The notes under the pieces are model-generated. The model saw only the letters and a list, made by a program, of their open reading frames with translations. It was not told where the DNA came from and did not search any database. A program made the position numbers and the translations under genes. Positions 1-7,589 of a DNA stretch of 64,000 nucleotides are shown piece by piece. This DNA comes from a virus. Numbering within the stretch: position 1 is the stretch's first letter; every line of letters begins with the position of its first letter. The DNA lies in IMG/VR virus record IMGVR_UViG_3300050821_024084, positions 37,022 through 101,021 of that record; one strand, given 5' to 3'.

Positions 1-623
1 GCTACTTCAGCCGACAGCAGCAGCCCGAGCTCGGTGCAGCCGAGGATCACGCCGTCGCATCCGGCGGCGGCCAGACGTCCGGTGACGTCGCGCAGCTTGT
101 CCCGGCTCTCCTCGGAGATAACGCCCCGGCAGAGCTCATCATAGATGATCCGGTCCACCATCTGACGATCCGGCTCGTCAGGAATCGTGATCGTGAGATC
201 ACGTTCTGCGAGCGCATCTCGGTAGAACTGGTGTTCCATCGTGTAGCGGGTTCCCAGCAGTCCCGGACGAGTCATATCGCGTGTGCGAGCGGCAGCAGTC
301 ACAGCATCGGCGATATGCAGCACCGGTATCGCGACTGCCGTCGCGATCTGAGAGTAGACGCGATGCATCGTGTTCGTGCAGATGATGAGTCCCTCTGCGC
401 CGGCATGCTCCAGATTGCGTGCGCACGTGGCCAGATAATCCCCGGCGAGTTCCCACTGCCCGGACGTCTGGAGATATTCCACGTTCGCGAAGTCGACCGA
501 CAGCACGATGCAGCTCGCGGAATGCAGCTCGCCGAGCCGGGTCCGGACACCCTCGTTGAGCAGACGATAATAGACGGCGGTGCTTTCCCAGCTCATGCCG
601 CCCAGCAGACCGATCGTTTTCAT
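1..623 (-). CDS. Aspartate/glutamate racemase family protein (RacX/YgeA-like), truncated by window edge
   Basis: Absent from the ORF track because it runs off the edge. Manual translation from ATG 623 gives MKTIGLLGGMSWESTAVYYRLLN...IICTNTMH...LGLLGTRYTME...VILGCTEL, with both catalytic Cys motifs. Confidence 0.93.
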   Translation of the reverse strand, partial: MKTIGLLGGMSWESTAVYYRLLNEGVRTRLGELHSASCIVLSVDFANVEYLQTSGQWELAGDYLATCARNLEHAGAEGLIICTNTMHRVYSQIATAVAIPVLHIADAVTAAARTRDMTRPGLLGTRYTMEHQFYRDALAERDLTITIPDEPDRQMVDRIIYDELCRGVISEESRDKLRDVTGRLAAAGCDGVILGCTELGLLLSAEV

Positions 624-847
624 GAATCCGTCCTTCCGTTGTCGAACTGATGTTCGGGAAGCAGGGTCGCTGCGCGACCCTGCACCCCGCCTGGTAACGC
701 TCGCCGCCGGACCGGCAGCGACATCCCGCGTCCCGGTCTGCGCGAGCAGCCGAGCTTGTGCGCGTGACGCATCTGGCATTCCGGGCAGCGTCCGCGCACC
801 CGGAACCAGACCGCCCGGACGCGCTCACTCCAGCTGAGCCCGGTCAT
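620..847 (-). CDS. Small hypothetical protein (CxxC)
   Basis: GGAGG RBS; its stop overlaps the racemase start (ATGA). Confidence 0.55.
   Translation of the reverse strand: MTGLSWSERVRAVWFRVRGRCPECQMRHAHKLGCSRRPGRGMSLPVRRRALPGGVQGRAATLLPEHQFDNGRTDS
642..657. promoter_or_regulatory. LexA/SOS-box-like palindrome TCGAACTGATGTTCGG
   Basis: Matches the Gram-positive/actinobacterial CGAAC-N4-GTTCG consensus, just upstream of the racemase RBS. Confidence 0.55.
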
Positions 848-1268
848 CCCGGCCTCCTGTCGAACTGATGTTCGTATCCGGGCCGGGATCGGCCAGGTCG
901 CGATCGCTCCACAGCGTCACCCGGGTCTCGCGCTGCTCCAGCAGCGACGGCAGCCGGTACCAGGCCACCCGGATGGTGTACCGGCCCGTTCCCTCCGTCA
1001 GGACGGTCCAGCCCCGCACCGTCCGGGGGACGCTCACCTGCGTGAGCGGCATATCCGGGCGCGCGCCCGGTCCCGGGGTCCGGTCGGAGCGTCCGATGTG
1101 AATCCATTCTCCCGAGTACCCGTAGATGTCCGGGTACTTCTCCCGGGTCTGAATCTCCAGGATCCACACATCGTCGCGCTCGAAAATCAGATCGACGCCC
1201 TCGACGTGAATCTCGCCCTGCTCGACCTGGATTTCCCGGTCGGGGGCGCGGGGGATGCCGTCAGTCAT
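825..1268 (-). CDS. Hypothetical phage protein
   Basis: Start MTDGIPRAP with GAGGA RBS; protein-like composition. Confidence 0.6.
   Translation of the reverse strand: MTDGIPRAPDREIQVEQGEIHVEGVDLIFERDDVWILEIQTREKYPDIYGYSGEWIHIGRSDRTPGPGARPDMPLTQVSVPRTVRGWTVLTEGTGRYTIRVAWYRLPSLLEQRETRVTLWSDRDLADPGPDTNISSTGGRDDRAQLE
860..875. promoter_or_regulatory. Second LexA/SOS-box-like palindrome TCGAACTGATGTTCGT
   Basis: Same 15-bp core as 642-656, again just upstream of an RBS and start codon. Confidence 0.55.
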
Positions 1269-1285
1269 GTCCTCGTTCCTTCCTC

Positions 1286-1510
1286 TCAGACGTGATTCCG
1301 GGGAATGCCGAGCAAGTCCAGCGCCTGCTCCAGCAGATCCTCCGGGTGCATCTCGAAAACAGTTTCGTAGTCGTCGCCGGCTGTCCGGTGCACGACTGTC
1401 TGATCGTTGTCGATCCACAGCACGCAGTCCCGGTCCAGCTTTCCCGTCTCGTACGCGGCATGCAGCTCCGCCAGCGTCGCATAGCGCATCATGCGTTCCT
1501 CCTCCATCAC
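1286..1510 (-). CDS. Hypothetical phage protein
   Basis: Compact acidic ORF in a tightly packed operon. Confidence 0.6.
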   Translation of the reverse strand: MMEEERMMRYATLAELHAAYETGKLDRDCVLWIDNDQTVVHRTAGDDYETVFEMHPEDLLEQALDLLGIPRNHV

Positions 1511-1711
1511 TCAGGGGAGGCCCCGGGCCGGGGCCTCCCCGCCACCTGGCTCCTCCTCACCGGTCACGCCCGTCCCGCACCACGGGGACCAGGCGGCCCA
1601 CGTCGTGCGACCATCCGGCAGCGAGACCGACTGCTCCATCCACAGATGCCCGCGCGTCCAGCAGTCCAGACCCGGAACATCCGCCCACAGACCCGCAGGC
1701 GCGTCCATCAC
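1511..1711 (-). CDS. Hypothetical phage protein
   Basis: Abuts or overlaps neighbouring genes. Confidence 0.45.
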   Translation of the reverse strand: MMDAPAGLWADVPGLDCWTRGHLWMEQSVSLPDGRTTWAAWSPWCGTGVTGEEEPGGGEAPARGLP

Positions 1712-2064
1712 ACCCGCTCCTGACGCTGCGACCAGCGACGCAAACGCTCCAGATCCCGCTCATCCGCCAGCTCGCGCGTTGCGGCATGCAGCAGCTCCGA
1801 CCAGCGTCCGCGCTCCTCATTGCAATCCGGACAGCTCAGCGCATAGGCACGCTCCCCGGGCAGATGCAGCAGCGGACGACCATCCGGATACCGGGACCGG
1901 TCATTCAGATGATCAATCGTCGCGAAATCCGCCGGAGTATCACGCGTGCGACCCGCCATCCGCCGCTCCATGTGCAGCGCCAGCGGCATCCCGCACCACC
2001 AGCACGACGGATCCTCCTCGAACAGCCGGAGCAGTCTGCGACGCATCCGGGAAGTATCCGTCAT
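1708..2064 (-). CDS. HNH endonuclease-like protein
   Basis: CWWC...ATIDH...SCPDCNEERG zinc-HNH pattern. Confidence 0.75.
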   Translation of the reverse strand: MTDTSRMRRRLLRLFEEDPSCWWCGMPLALHMERRMAGRTRDTPADFATIDHLNDRSRYPDGRPLLHLPGERAYALSCPDCNEERGRWSELLHAATRELADERDLERLRRWSQRQERV

Positions 2065-2191
2065 CGATCCTCCGCATCCTCATGCGATTCCGTCGTCCAG
2101 ACCCAGCGGAGGATCTGCACATGCCAGCCCAGCGGACTGCGTCCGGCTCCCAGCGCGACATACCCGGGTGCGGTCGTATAGCGACGCCAGC

Positions 2192-2605
2192 TCATGCCGG
2201 CTCACTGTGCCAGATGACATGCAGCGGCGGCCAGTCCGTCCAGCGGGGCCGTCCGCGCACCCAGTCACCCAGTATCATGCGACCGTCCCGGCTCGTCTCC
2301 CGGAACGTCCACCAGGTCAGACCGCTGACATGCAGCTCCAGACGTCCGCACTGGAATTCGAGACGATTCGGCTCGCTGAACGGAGCATTCAGCCCGGCAT
2401 GCAGCCACAGACGCGCAGCCCGGGGACGCATGACCGGCGGCACATTCATCATCACGCATGCGCCCCACGGGAACGCAGGATTCACGTCGGCATGCAGCTC
2501 CAGCCAGCGCGTCCGCACACGGATGCACGGCACCCCCGCGTACGCATCGACGGAGAACACACCTGGTGGTGCAGCGGGGGTCCGGGGGCGGGGAATATCC
2601 GTCAT
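2192..2605 (-). CDS. Hypothetical phage protein
   Basis: 4-bp start/stop overlap with upstream ORF. Confidence 0.45.
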   Translation of the reverse strand: MTDIPRPRTPAAPPGVFSVDAYAGVPCIRVRTRWLELHADVNPAFPWGACVMMNVPPVMRPRAARLWLHAGLNAPFSEPNRLEFQCGRLELHVSGLTWWTFRETSRDGRMILGDWVRGRPRWTDWPPLHVIWHSEPA

Positions 2606-2931
2606 TCGCTCGCTTTCTTCTGTTTCAGGTACCAGGCTTCCAGCAGCTCTTCCGCTCGCTCCAGCTCCTCCAGCGCCTGCGCGCCGTGCAGCGCGCAGAT
2701 GACGGCATCCGCCTCGGCCCGGGTCAGCGCCTGCGCATCAGTCCACGTGCAGCCGCTGGAGCTGTGCGGAGGCGGATGACCCGGCTCCTGCGTGCAGATC
2801 GCGCCGTGCTGACAGAACGACTGACAGCACAGCTCATCAATCAGTCGCACTCCGGATTCTCTTCCCGCTTTCCCGCCGCGCGTCGCGCACGCGACAACGG
2901 ACCCGGCTGATTCGGATTCGGCTGATGCCAT
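2602..2931 (-). CDS. Hypothetical Cys/His-rich protein (true start may be near 2850)
   Basis: Operon packing. Confidence 0.45.
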   Translation of the reverse strand: MASAESESAGSVVACATRGGKAGRESGVRLIDELCCQSFCQHGAICTQEPGHPPPHSSSGCTWTDAQALTRAEADAVICALHGAQALEELERAEELLEAWYLKQKKASE

Positions 2932-3028
2932 CGTCGCGACCGCGACCCGTCATCCCGGTGCAGCTGCCGCAGATACGGCTCTATCTGCCGGTACGCGCTC
3001 GCGCGCCAGCGACCCGGATTGCGACGAC

Positions 3029-3298
3029 TCATTCCTCCTCCTCATAGAACGGCAGCGGCGCGAGCCAGTAGTACACCGTGATCCCGCTGCGCTCCCGGCT
3101 ACGCGACTCCCCCGCCTGCGACCCGTCCGGATACGACGCTCGCCAGACAATCTCATCCTGACCCGTCAGCCTGCGGATCTCATTCGCACGCCGACGAGCT
3201 GCCCCGGGCGATCCGCAGACACACAACGTCACCGGATCGCCATACGCGCCGATCTGCTCCGACAGCGTCCACACCGTCCGGTCAGACATCAGCATCAC
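3029..3298 (-). CDS. Hypothetical phage protein
   Basis: Operon packing. Confidence 0.5.
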   Translation of the reverse strand: MMLMSDRTVWTLSEQIGAYGDPVTLCVCGSPGAARRRANEIRRLTGQDEIVWRASYPDGSQAGESRSRERSGITVYYWLAPLPFYEEEE

Positions 3299-3596
3299 CT
3301 GGTCCCGGCCGGGGGTCCGGGGGAAGCAGCATCTCTGTCTGCATGCGACGCAGCTGCGACGCCGACCGGGGACGCACGGGGATGACCGTCCCCAGCAGCC
3401 GGAACTCCGCCGGATACGCGCGCGCAGCCGCCTGCGCCAGGATCATCCGCTGCACCACGTGAATCGCCGCACGCGCCTCCGCCAGATCCCCCTCGCGATT
3501 CGGACCCTGAGGGACCAGCAGCTCCAGCCTGGTGTAGCAGCCGCCCAGCTCCTGCACCAGCGCACGCTCAGCCGGGGTGAGCACGTCATCCGTCAT
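3282..3596 (-). CDS. Hypothetical phage protein
   Basis: GAGGAG RBS, ATGA overlap, helical composition. Confidence 0.6.
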   Translation of the reverse strand: MTDDVLTPAERALVQELGGCYTRLELLVPQGPNREGDLAEARAAIHVVQRMILAQAAARAYPAEFRLLGTVIPVRPRSASQLRRMQTEMLLPPDPRPGPGDADV

Positions 3597-3799
3597 GACT
3601 CCTCCTCAGAGATCAGCCAGTCACGCAAGCGCCGGATCTCCCGGACCAGCGCCTCACTGTCCACGTACGGCTCGTGCACGTGCGAGCACTGCGGGCGCTC
3701 CGGCTCCGGCAGCAGGTCACCTGCATGATGCATGTGATGAGCCGCCGTCCAGCGCTCCAGCCGGGCTAGCACCTTCGCGGCGAGATCCTTCTCATTCAT
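3593..3799 (-). CDS. Hypothetical phage protein
   Basis: ATGA overlaps at both ends. Confidence 0.55.
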   Translation of the reverse strand: MNEKDLAAKVLARLERWTAAHHMHHAGDLLPEPERPQCSHVHEPYVDSEALVREIRRLRDWLISEEES

Positions 3800-4347
3800 C
3801 CGGCTGGCCCGTCGAGATAATCCCAGACCTGCTGATCCGGATCCGGCCCGACCTGCCGGTCCTGACCCCAGTCAGGTTCCGCCTCGGCGGCGAGCCGGGG
3901 AGCCGGATTCGGACGATGCGCATCGTCGCTGACCGACATGTCCTCGCCAGGATCATCGGCAAACGGCCAGCCCGCATCCGGGAAATGCTCCTGCATCCAC
4001 TCCGGCGTGACCGGGATGTGCCCGACGGACTCGTCCAGCTTCCACGTCCCGAATCCCGAGGCCATCCACTGACCCAGCCGGTGCAGCTGATGTCCCAGCG
4101 ACCGGTCCGCGATGCCGTGCTCATCACGCGGACCCCAGCGCACATGCCACAGCCAGTCCGGCGGACCGAGCAGCAGCGAGCACACCGGACCGGAACGCTC
4201 CGGCGTGCAGCGCCACTCCAGGATGCCCGCCCCGATCTCCTCCAGCAGCAGCGCGTGCAGCGGCTGATAGTACAGCTCGATGGTCGTGCCGCGATCCTGC
4301 TGATGCGTCAGCCGGGCACGCAGGATGCCGCCGTTGTTATTGCTCAC
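3796..4347 (-). CDS. Hypothetical phage protein
   Basis: GTGA overlap, protein-like sequence. Confidence 0.55.
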   Translation of the reverse strand: MSNNNGGILRARLTHQQDRGTTIELYYQPLHALLLEEIGAGILEWRCTPERSGPVCSLLLGPPDWLWHVRWGPRDEHGIADRSLGHQLHRLGQWMASGFGTWKLDESVGHIPVTPEWMQEHFPDAGWPFADDPGEDMSVSDDAHRPNPAPRLAAEAEPDWGQDRQVGPDPDQQVWDYLDGPAG

Positions 4348-4697
4348 CTGTCACAGCTCCCCGGGATGTCGTCGTCATGCAGCTCCGCGAGAATCTCCGC
4401 GAGCCTGGTCGTCCCCTCCGGGGTCCGGGGATCCGCCCGGACGGTCCGCCAGGTCACCTTCCCCAGACCCCGGGGCAGCTCCTGACCCGGCCGGAGCACC
4501 GTCACGACGGGCTTCTCCAGCATGATCGCCAGACCCAGCTCCACGCAGAACCTCACATCCGGGGTGGTCTCCGGCACCATCAGCACCACGTACCGGGACG
4601 TGGTCATGGCAGGCAGCGTCTTCACCTGCACGTGGGAGACAATAGCCTCCCACTCCGCCCGCTCCTGCGGGGGCAGCTCGTCTATCCAGCTGGCCAC
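4344..4697 (-). CDS. Hypothetical protein, possibly nucleoside 2-deoxyribosyltransferase/TIR-like fold
   Basis: CVELGLAIMLEKPVVTV resembles the E-x-G-x-A-xxx-KPV motif; AAGGAG RBS. Confidence 0.5.
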   Translation of the reverse strand: MASWIDELPPQERAEWEAIVSHVQVKTLPAMTTSRYVVLMVPETTPDVRFCVELGLAIMLEKPVVTVLRPGQELPRGLGKVTWRTVRADPRTPEGTTRLAEILAELHDDDIPGSCDR

Positions 4698-4783
4698 CGG
4701 ACTCCTTCCTGTTCCTGCGCGCCGGGCGCGCGCTTACCGCCAGCTTACCACCCGGGGCCGCATGCGGGGCGGTAAAAATAAGG

Positions 4784-4813
4784 TTGCGCGGCAGGGGGCG
4801 CGGGGGGTATAGT
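4784..4813 (+). promoter_or_regulatory. SigA-type promoter for the ncRNA cluster
   Basis: TTGCGC-N18-TATAGT preceded by an A-rich tract, in the divergent intergenic region. Confidence 0.6.
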
Positions 4814-4894
4814 CAGACCTGTGACCGCAGGGAAGTGCAGTTTCCTTCCGTGTGTCCCAACCGAAGAGAAGCGGCTCCCGGCGGTCACGTGAAA

Positions 4895-4908
4895 CTTGAG
4901 AACTCAAC
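4895..4908 (+). promoter_or_regulatory. rrn-leader boxA-like element CTTGAGAACTCAAC
   Basis: Matches the TTGAGAACTCAA element conserved in actinobacterial rRNA leaders; follows a stem-loop at 4821-4888. Confidence 0.5.
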
Positions 4909-4925
4909 TGACGCATCACATAAGC

Positions 4926-5077
4926 TCTCCTCCGATGCGCAGGCAGGCGGGTACTTCGGCAACGCACATGTCTCAGGAACATGCAATTCCTGGTTCAAGC
5001 CCAGGTCGGCGCTCCGGCGTCGATAGCGTAATTTCCCCGCAAGGGGAGTCCCGCAGCCGCTCAGTTCACGGAGGAGA
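4926..5077 (+). ncRNA. Y RNA (YrlA-like) with permuted tRNA-Leu(CAG)-like domain
   Basis: Terminal stem TCTCCTCCG/CGGAGGAGA; shared GATGCGCAG..TACTTC..CAGTTCAC motifs; anticodon arm CATGT-CTCAGGA-ACATG, T arm, loop-closed acceptor stem; Ro60 gene downstream. Confidence 0.75.
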
Positions 5078-5112
5078 CCCCCGGATCCTCGCAAGGGGGT
5101 CCGGGGGACGAG

Positions 5113-5245
5113 CCTCTCCGATGCGCAGTCAGCGAGATACTTCACTGGTAATGAAAAGGTTACAGGTTCGAGTCCTGCCATTCCTCTCGGGGAATGTAGC
5201 TCAAATGGAAGAGCATTTCTCGCAGACGATCAGTTCACGGAGAGG
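5113..5245 (+). ncRNA. Y RNA (YrlA-like) with complete circularly permuted tRNA-Thr(GGT)-like domain
   Basis: Order is anticodon arm (TTCA-CTGGTAA-TGAA), T arm (GGTTCGAGTCC), closed acceptor (CATTCCT-CTCG-GGGAATG), D arm (GCTC-AAATGGAA-GAGC); same flanking motifs as 4926-5077. Confidence 0.8.
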
Positions 5246-5377
5246 ACCTTACTGCGCGATCCCGTCCCGTCCATCACAATGCGGGCACCTGTTTCAGCGG
5301 GATCGCGTTTAACGTCCGGCGCGCAGCAGACGGGGTTTTTCTGAGGGGTTAGACCTCGCCTGCGCGCCGGATCACAC

Positions 5378-5462
5378 GTCAGCCAGATGCGCAGCATGCG
5401 GGTACTTCGAGTTGCGGAAAGCTCACCATCTGTCCCGCGTGCGACCCGGTACACTGGCTGAC
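5378..5462 (+). ncRNA. Short Y RNA without tRNA domain (YrlB/Yrn-like)
   Basis: Terminal stem GTCAGCCAG/CTGGCTGAC with the same GATGCGCAG and GGGTACTTC motifs. Confidence 0.65.
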
Positions 5463-5466
5463 CCGG

Positions 5467-5542
5467 CGCGGGGTAGAGGAGTTCGGTCGTCCTCGTGGCG
5501 CTCATAACGCCGAGATCGCAGGTTCAAATCCTGCCCCCGCTA
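5467..5542 (+). tRNA. tRNA-Met(CAT), initiator-like
   Basis: Full cloverleaf; CGCGGGG acceptor with C1:U72 mismatch; loop CTCATAA; CCA not encoded. Confidence 0.9.
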
Positions 5543-5545
5543 CGA

Positions 5546-5583
5546 GATCCTCCGCGTCTTCCCTCCGGGGGACGCGGGGGATC
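5546..5583 (+). terminator. GC-rich hairpin after the tRNA (terminator or processing signal)
   Basis: GATCCTCCGCGTC...GACGCGGGGGATC inverted repeat with a weak U tract. Confidence 0.4.
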
Positions 5584-5603
5584 TTCCACCCAGGAAGGAT
5601 GTC

Positions 5604-5822
5604 ATGCCACCCAAGCGAAGCAAGAACACTGTCGCCAAGGCGACCCGTGCTGCCAGCTGGGCACGCGGCAAGGAGCGCAGCCAGCGGCGGATCTCGGAGC
5701 AGACTGCGGCCGCGCGACGCAATCGCGAGACCCGCGCAGCGGGCCTCGCCACCCCCTGGCAGCAGGCACGCGCCGTGCGTCGCGCGCGCCGGGCCGAGGA
5801 AAGGAACGCAGCGAATGACTAA
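5604..5822 (+). CDS. Small basic Arg/Ala-rich protein
   Basis: GGAAGGA RBS; MPPKRSKN start. Confidence 0.55.
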   Translation: MPPKRSKNTVAKATRAASWARGKERSQRRISEQTAAARRNRETRAAGLATPWQQARAVRRARRAEERNAAND

Positions 5823-6159
5823 GACGGATGCAGCGGCAGCAGCCCGGGAGATGCTCCGGATGCTGGACGACGGCCGGGGCTGGTGCAAGCAGACCTACTT
5901 CCGGCGCATCAAGGACCCGGATACCGGGCAGCTCGTGGGTCAGTACTGCCTGCAAGGGGCGCTGCATAGTCTGCTGGGCGTGCAGACCTGGGCAGCCGTG
6001 GACACGAGGAACGCGATTGTCAGTATCCTCGCGGAGCAGTACCCGGAGCGTCTCGACCCGCGATGGCTCACGATCCCCAGCTTCAACGATCACGAGGCCA
6101 CCACCTGGGACGACGTGCGCGTCGTCCTGGAGAAGCTCGTCGCACGGGAGGACGCGTGA
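5815..6159 (+). CDS. Tandem paralogue 1 (DUF6197-like)
   Basis: W..., CL.GA, EQYPER, FNDH..TT..DV..VLEK motifs. Confidence 0.75.
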   Translation: MTKTDAAAAAREMLRMLDDGRGWCKQTYFRRIKDPDTGQLVGQYCLQGALHSLLGVQTWAAVDTRNAIVSILAEQYPERLDPRWLTIPSFNDHEATTWDDVRVVLEKLVAREDA

Positions 6160-6506
6160 AGCGGAACCCGCACGTCGCGGAGGACATGCTCGCGTACCTG
6201 GGCGACCCCGGGCACTGGATCCAGGGCAGGTACGAGATGAGGGAGCAGCGCTGTCTGCTCGGAGAACACGGCGCAGCCGCCTACAGCAACGCGAATCACT
6301 GGGCCGGACGCACGCGGCGACCCGGGAATTCCCGGCTGCTCAGGCAGCTGGCGAGCATCATCCAGGAGCAGTACCCGGAACGTCTTGAGTGCCTGCGCGG
6401 CATCGGTGAGGTCATCGCGGGGTTTAACGATCACCCGGAGACCCGGCATGCCGAGGTTGTTGCCGTGCTGGAGAAGCTCGTCGTCCGGGAACAGGAGGAC
6501 GCGTGA
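6156..6506 (+). CDS. Tandem paralogue 2 (DUF6197-like)
   Basis: Same motifs; GTGA overlap. Confidence 0.75.
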   Translation: MKRNPHVAEDMLAYLGDPGHWIQGRYEMREQRCLLGEHGAAAYSNANHWAGRTRRPGNSRLLRQLASIIQEQYPERLECLRGIGEVIAGFNDHPETRHAEVVAVLEKLVVREQEDA

Positions 6507-6868
6507 CTGAAACGAGGACGGAGCACGCTCAGATCGCCCGGGAGATGCTCGATCTGCTAGATGAGGGACGCAGCTGGCTCAAGGGCAGCGTATCCGATGC
6601 GAGCCGGCAGCGTCGCTGCGTGCTCGGCGCGTATCAGCGAGTGATCGAGCTGCGACGGGGGGTCTGGGGGGGTGACTGGTGGACACCGTTCGTGGCGGCG
6701 CTGGAGCAGACGGTACATGAGCAGTACCCGGAGCGCACGCGACGTGCCGCCTCCTTGTTCTGGGCGAACATGATTGATCCGGCAGCGATCAGCTGGTTCA
6801 ATGACCATGAAGACACCACCTGGGATGATATCCGGGTGGTGCTGGAGAAAATGGCGGTGCAGGAATGA
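6503..6868 (+). CDS. Tandem paralogue 3 (DUF6197-like)
   Basis: Same motifs. Confidence 0.75.
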   Translation: MTETRTEHAQIAREMLDLLDEGRSWLKGSVSDASRQRRCVLGAYQRVIELRRGVWGGDWWTPFVAALEQTVHEQYPERTRRAASLFWANMIDPAAISWFNDHEDTTWDDIRVVLEKMAVQE

Positions 6869-7236
6869 ACGAGACGGAAACCGAGATCGCGGTGCTCCGG
6901 GAGATGCTCCGGTGGCTGCGCGATCCGGAGCACTGGGTCAAGAAATCGTACATGAGCCTGGGGCGCATGTGCCTGACGGCTGCTCACGGGTCGATCTGCT
7001 ATCAGAATCCGTTCTACTGGATGACCTGGCGTGACGGGGAAGGACCCTCACTGTCGCTCCGGACGCTGGCGGACGTCATCCGGGAGCAGTACCCGGAGCG
7101 GGCACCCGTGCGGCAGGGTCCGGGACTGCGGCCGGCAGGGGAGATCGTCCTGTTCAACGATCATCCGGACACCGTGCACGCCGATATCATCAGCGTGCTG
7201 GAGAAGTCCATCGCGCGCCTGGAGGAAGCCGCATGA
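6865..7236 (+). CDS. Tandem paralogue 4 (DUF6197-like)
   Basis: Same motifs. Confidence 0.75.
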   Translation: MNETETEIAVLREMLRWLRDPEHWVKKSYMSLGRMCLTAAHGSICYQNPFYWMTWRDGEGPSLSLRTLADVIREQYPERAPVRQGPGLRPAGEIVLFNDHPDTVHADIISVLEKSIARLEEAA

Positions 7237-7589
7237 CCATCAAGGACGAGGCGGAGCAGATGCTCCGGGTACTGCCCGGTCCGGGACAGTGGATGCGCTG
7301 CGGATTCTCCTCCGGTTCGCGTCGGTGCCTGATAGGGGCGTATGCTCAGGCAACCGGGGACATTGCTATGGATCTGGTGTGGGGTCGCACTCCCTCGCGA
7401 TGCGAGGAGATCCCGTATCTCCAGCTCCTGGCGGGCATCATCCGGGAGCAGTACGCCGAGCGCGTGGCGCTCTGCGAGGACGTGACCAATACGATCATGG
7501 GGTTCAACGACAGCGCGTGCACCCGGTACGCGGATGTGCGCGTCGTGCTGGAAAAAGCGCTCGTGCGAGCGCAGGAACAGGAAGAGTGA
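7233..7589 (+). CDS. Tandem paralogue 5 (DUF6197-like)
   Basis: Same motifs (EQYAER, FNDS). Confidence 0.75.
   Translation: MTIKDEAEQMLRVLPGPGQWMRCGFSSGSRRCLIGAYAQATGDIAMDLVWGRTPSRCEEIPYLQLLAGIIREQYAERVALCEDVTNTIMGFNDSACTRYADVRVVLEKALVRAQEQEE

Noticed and set aside
1255-4775. Long plus-strand ORFs (1255..2181, 1491..2702, 3577..4485 and others)
   Set aside because: Pro/Arg-rich shadows of the packed minus-strand operon in high-GC DNA.
4926-5245. Calling these elements ordinary tRNA-Leu/tRNA-Thr genes or a tRNA-derived att site
   Set aside because: Arms are permuted, the acceptor is closed by a loop, and no duplicate tRNA 3' end or integrase is in the window.
5815-7589. Recurring GAGCAGTACCCGGA and CTGGAGAA motifs as a CRISPR array or DGR repeats
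   Set aside because: Spacing is ~350 nt and they are coding motifs of paralogous genes; no cas or reverse transcriptase gene is present.
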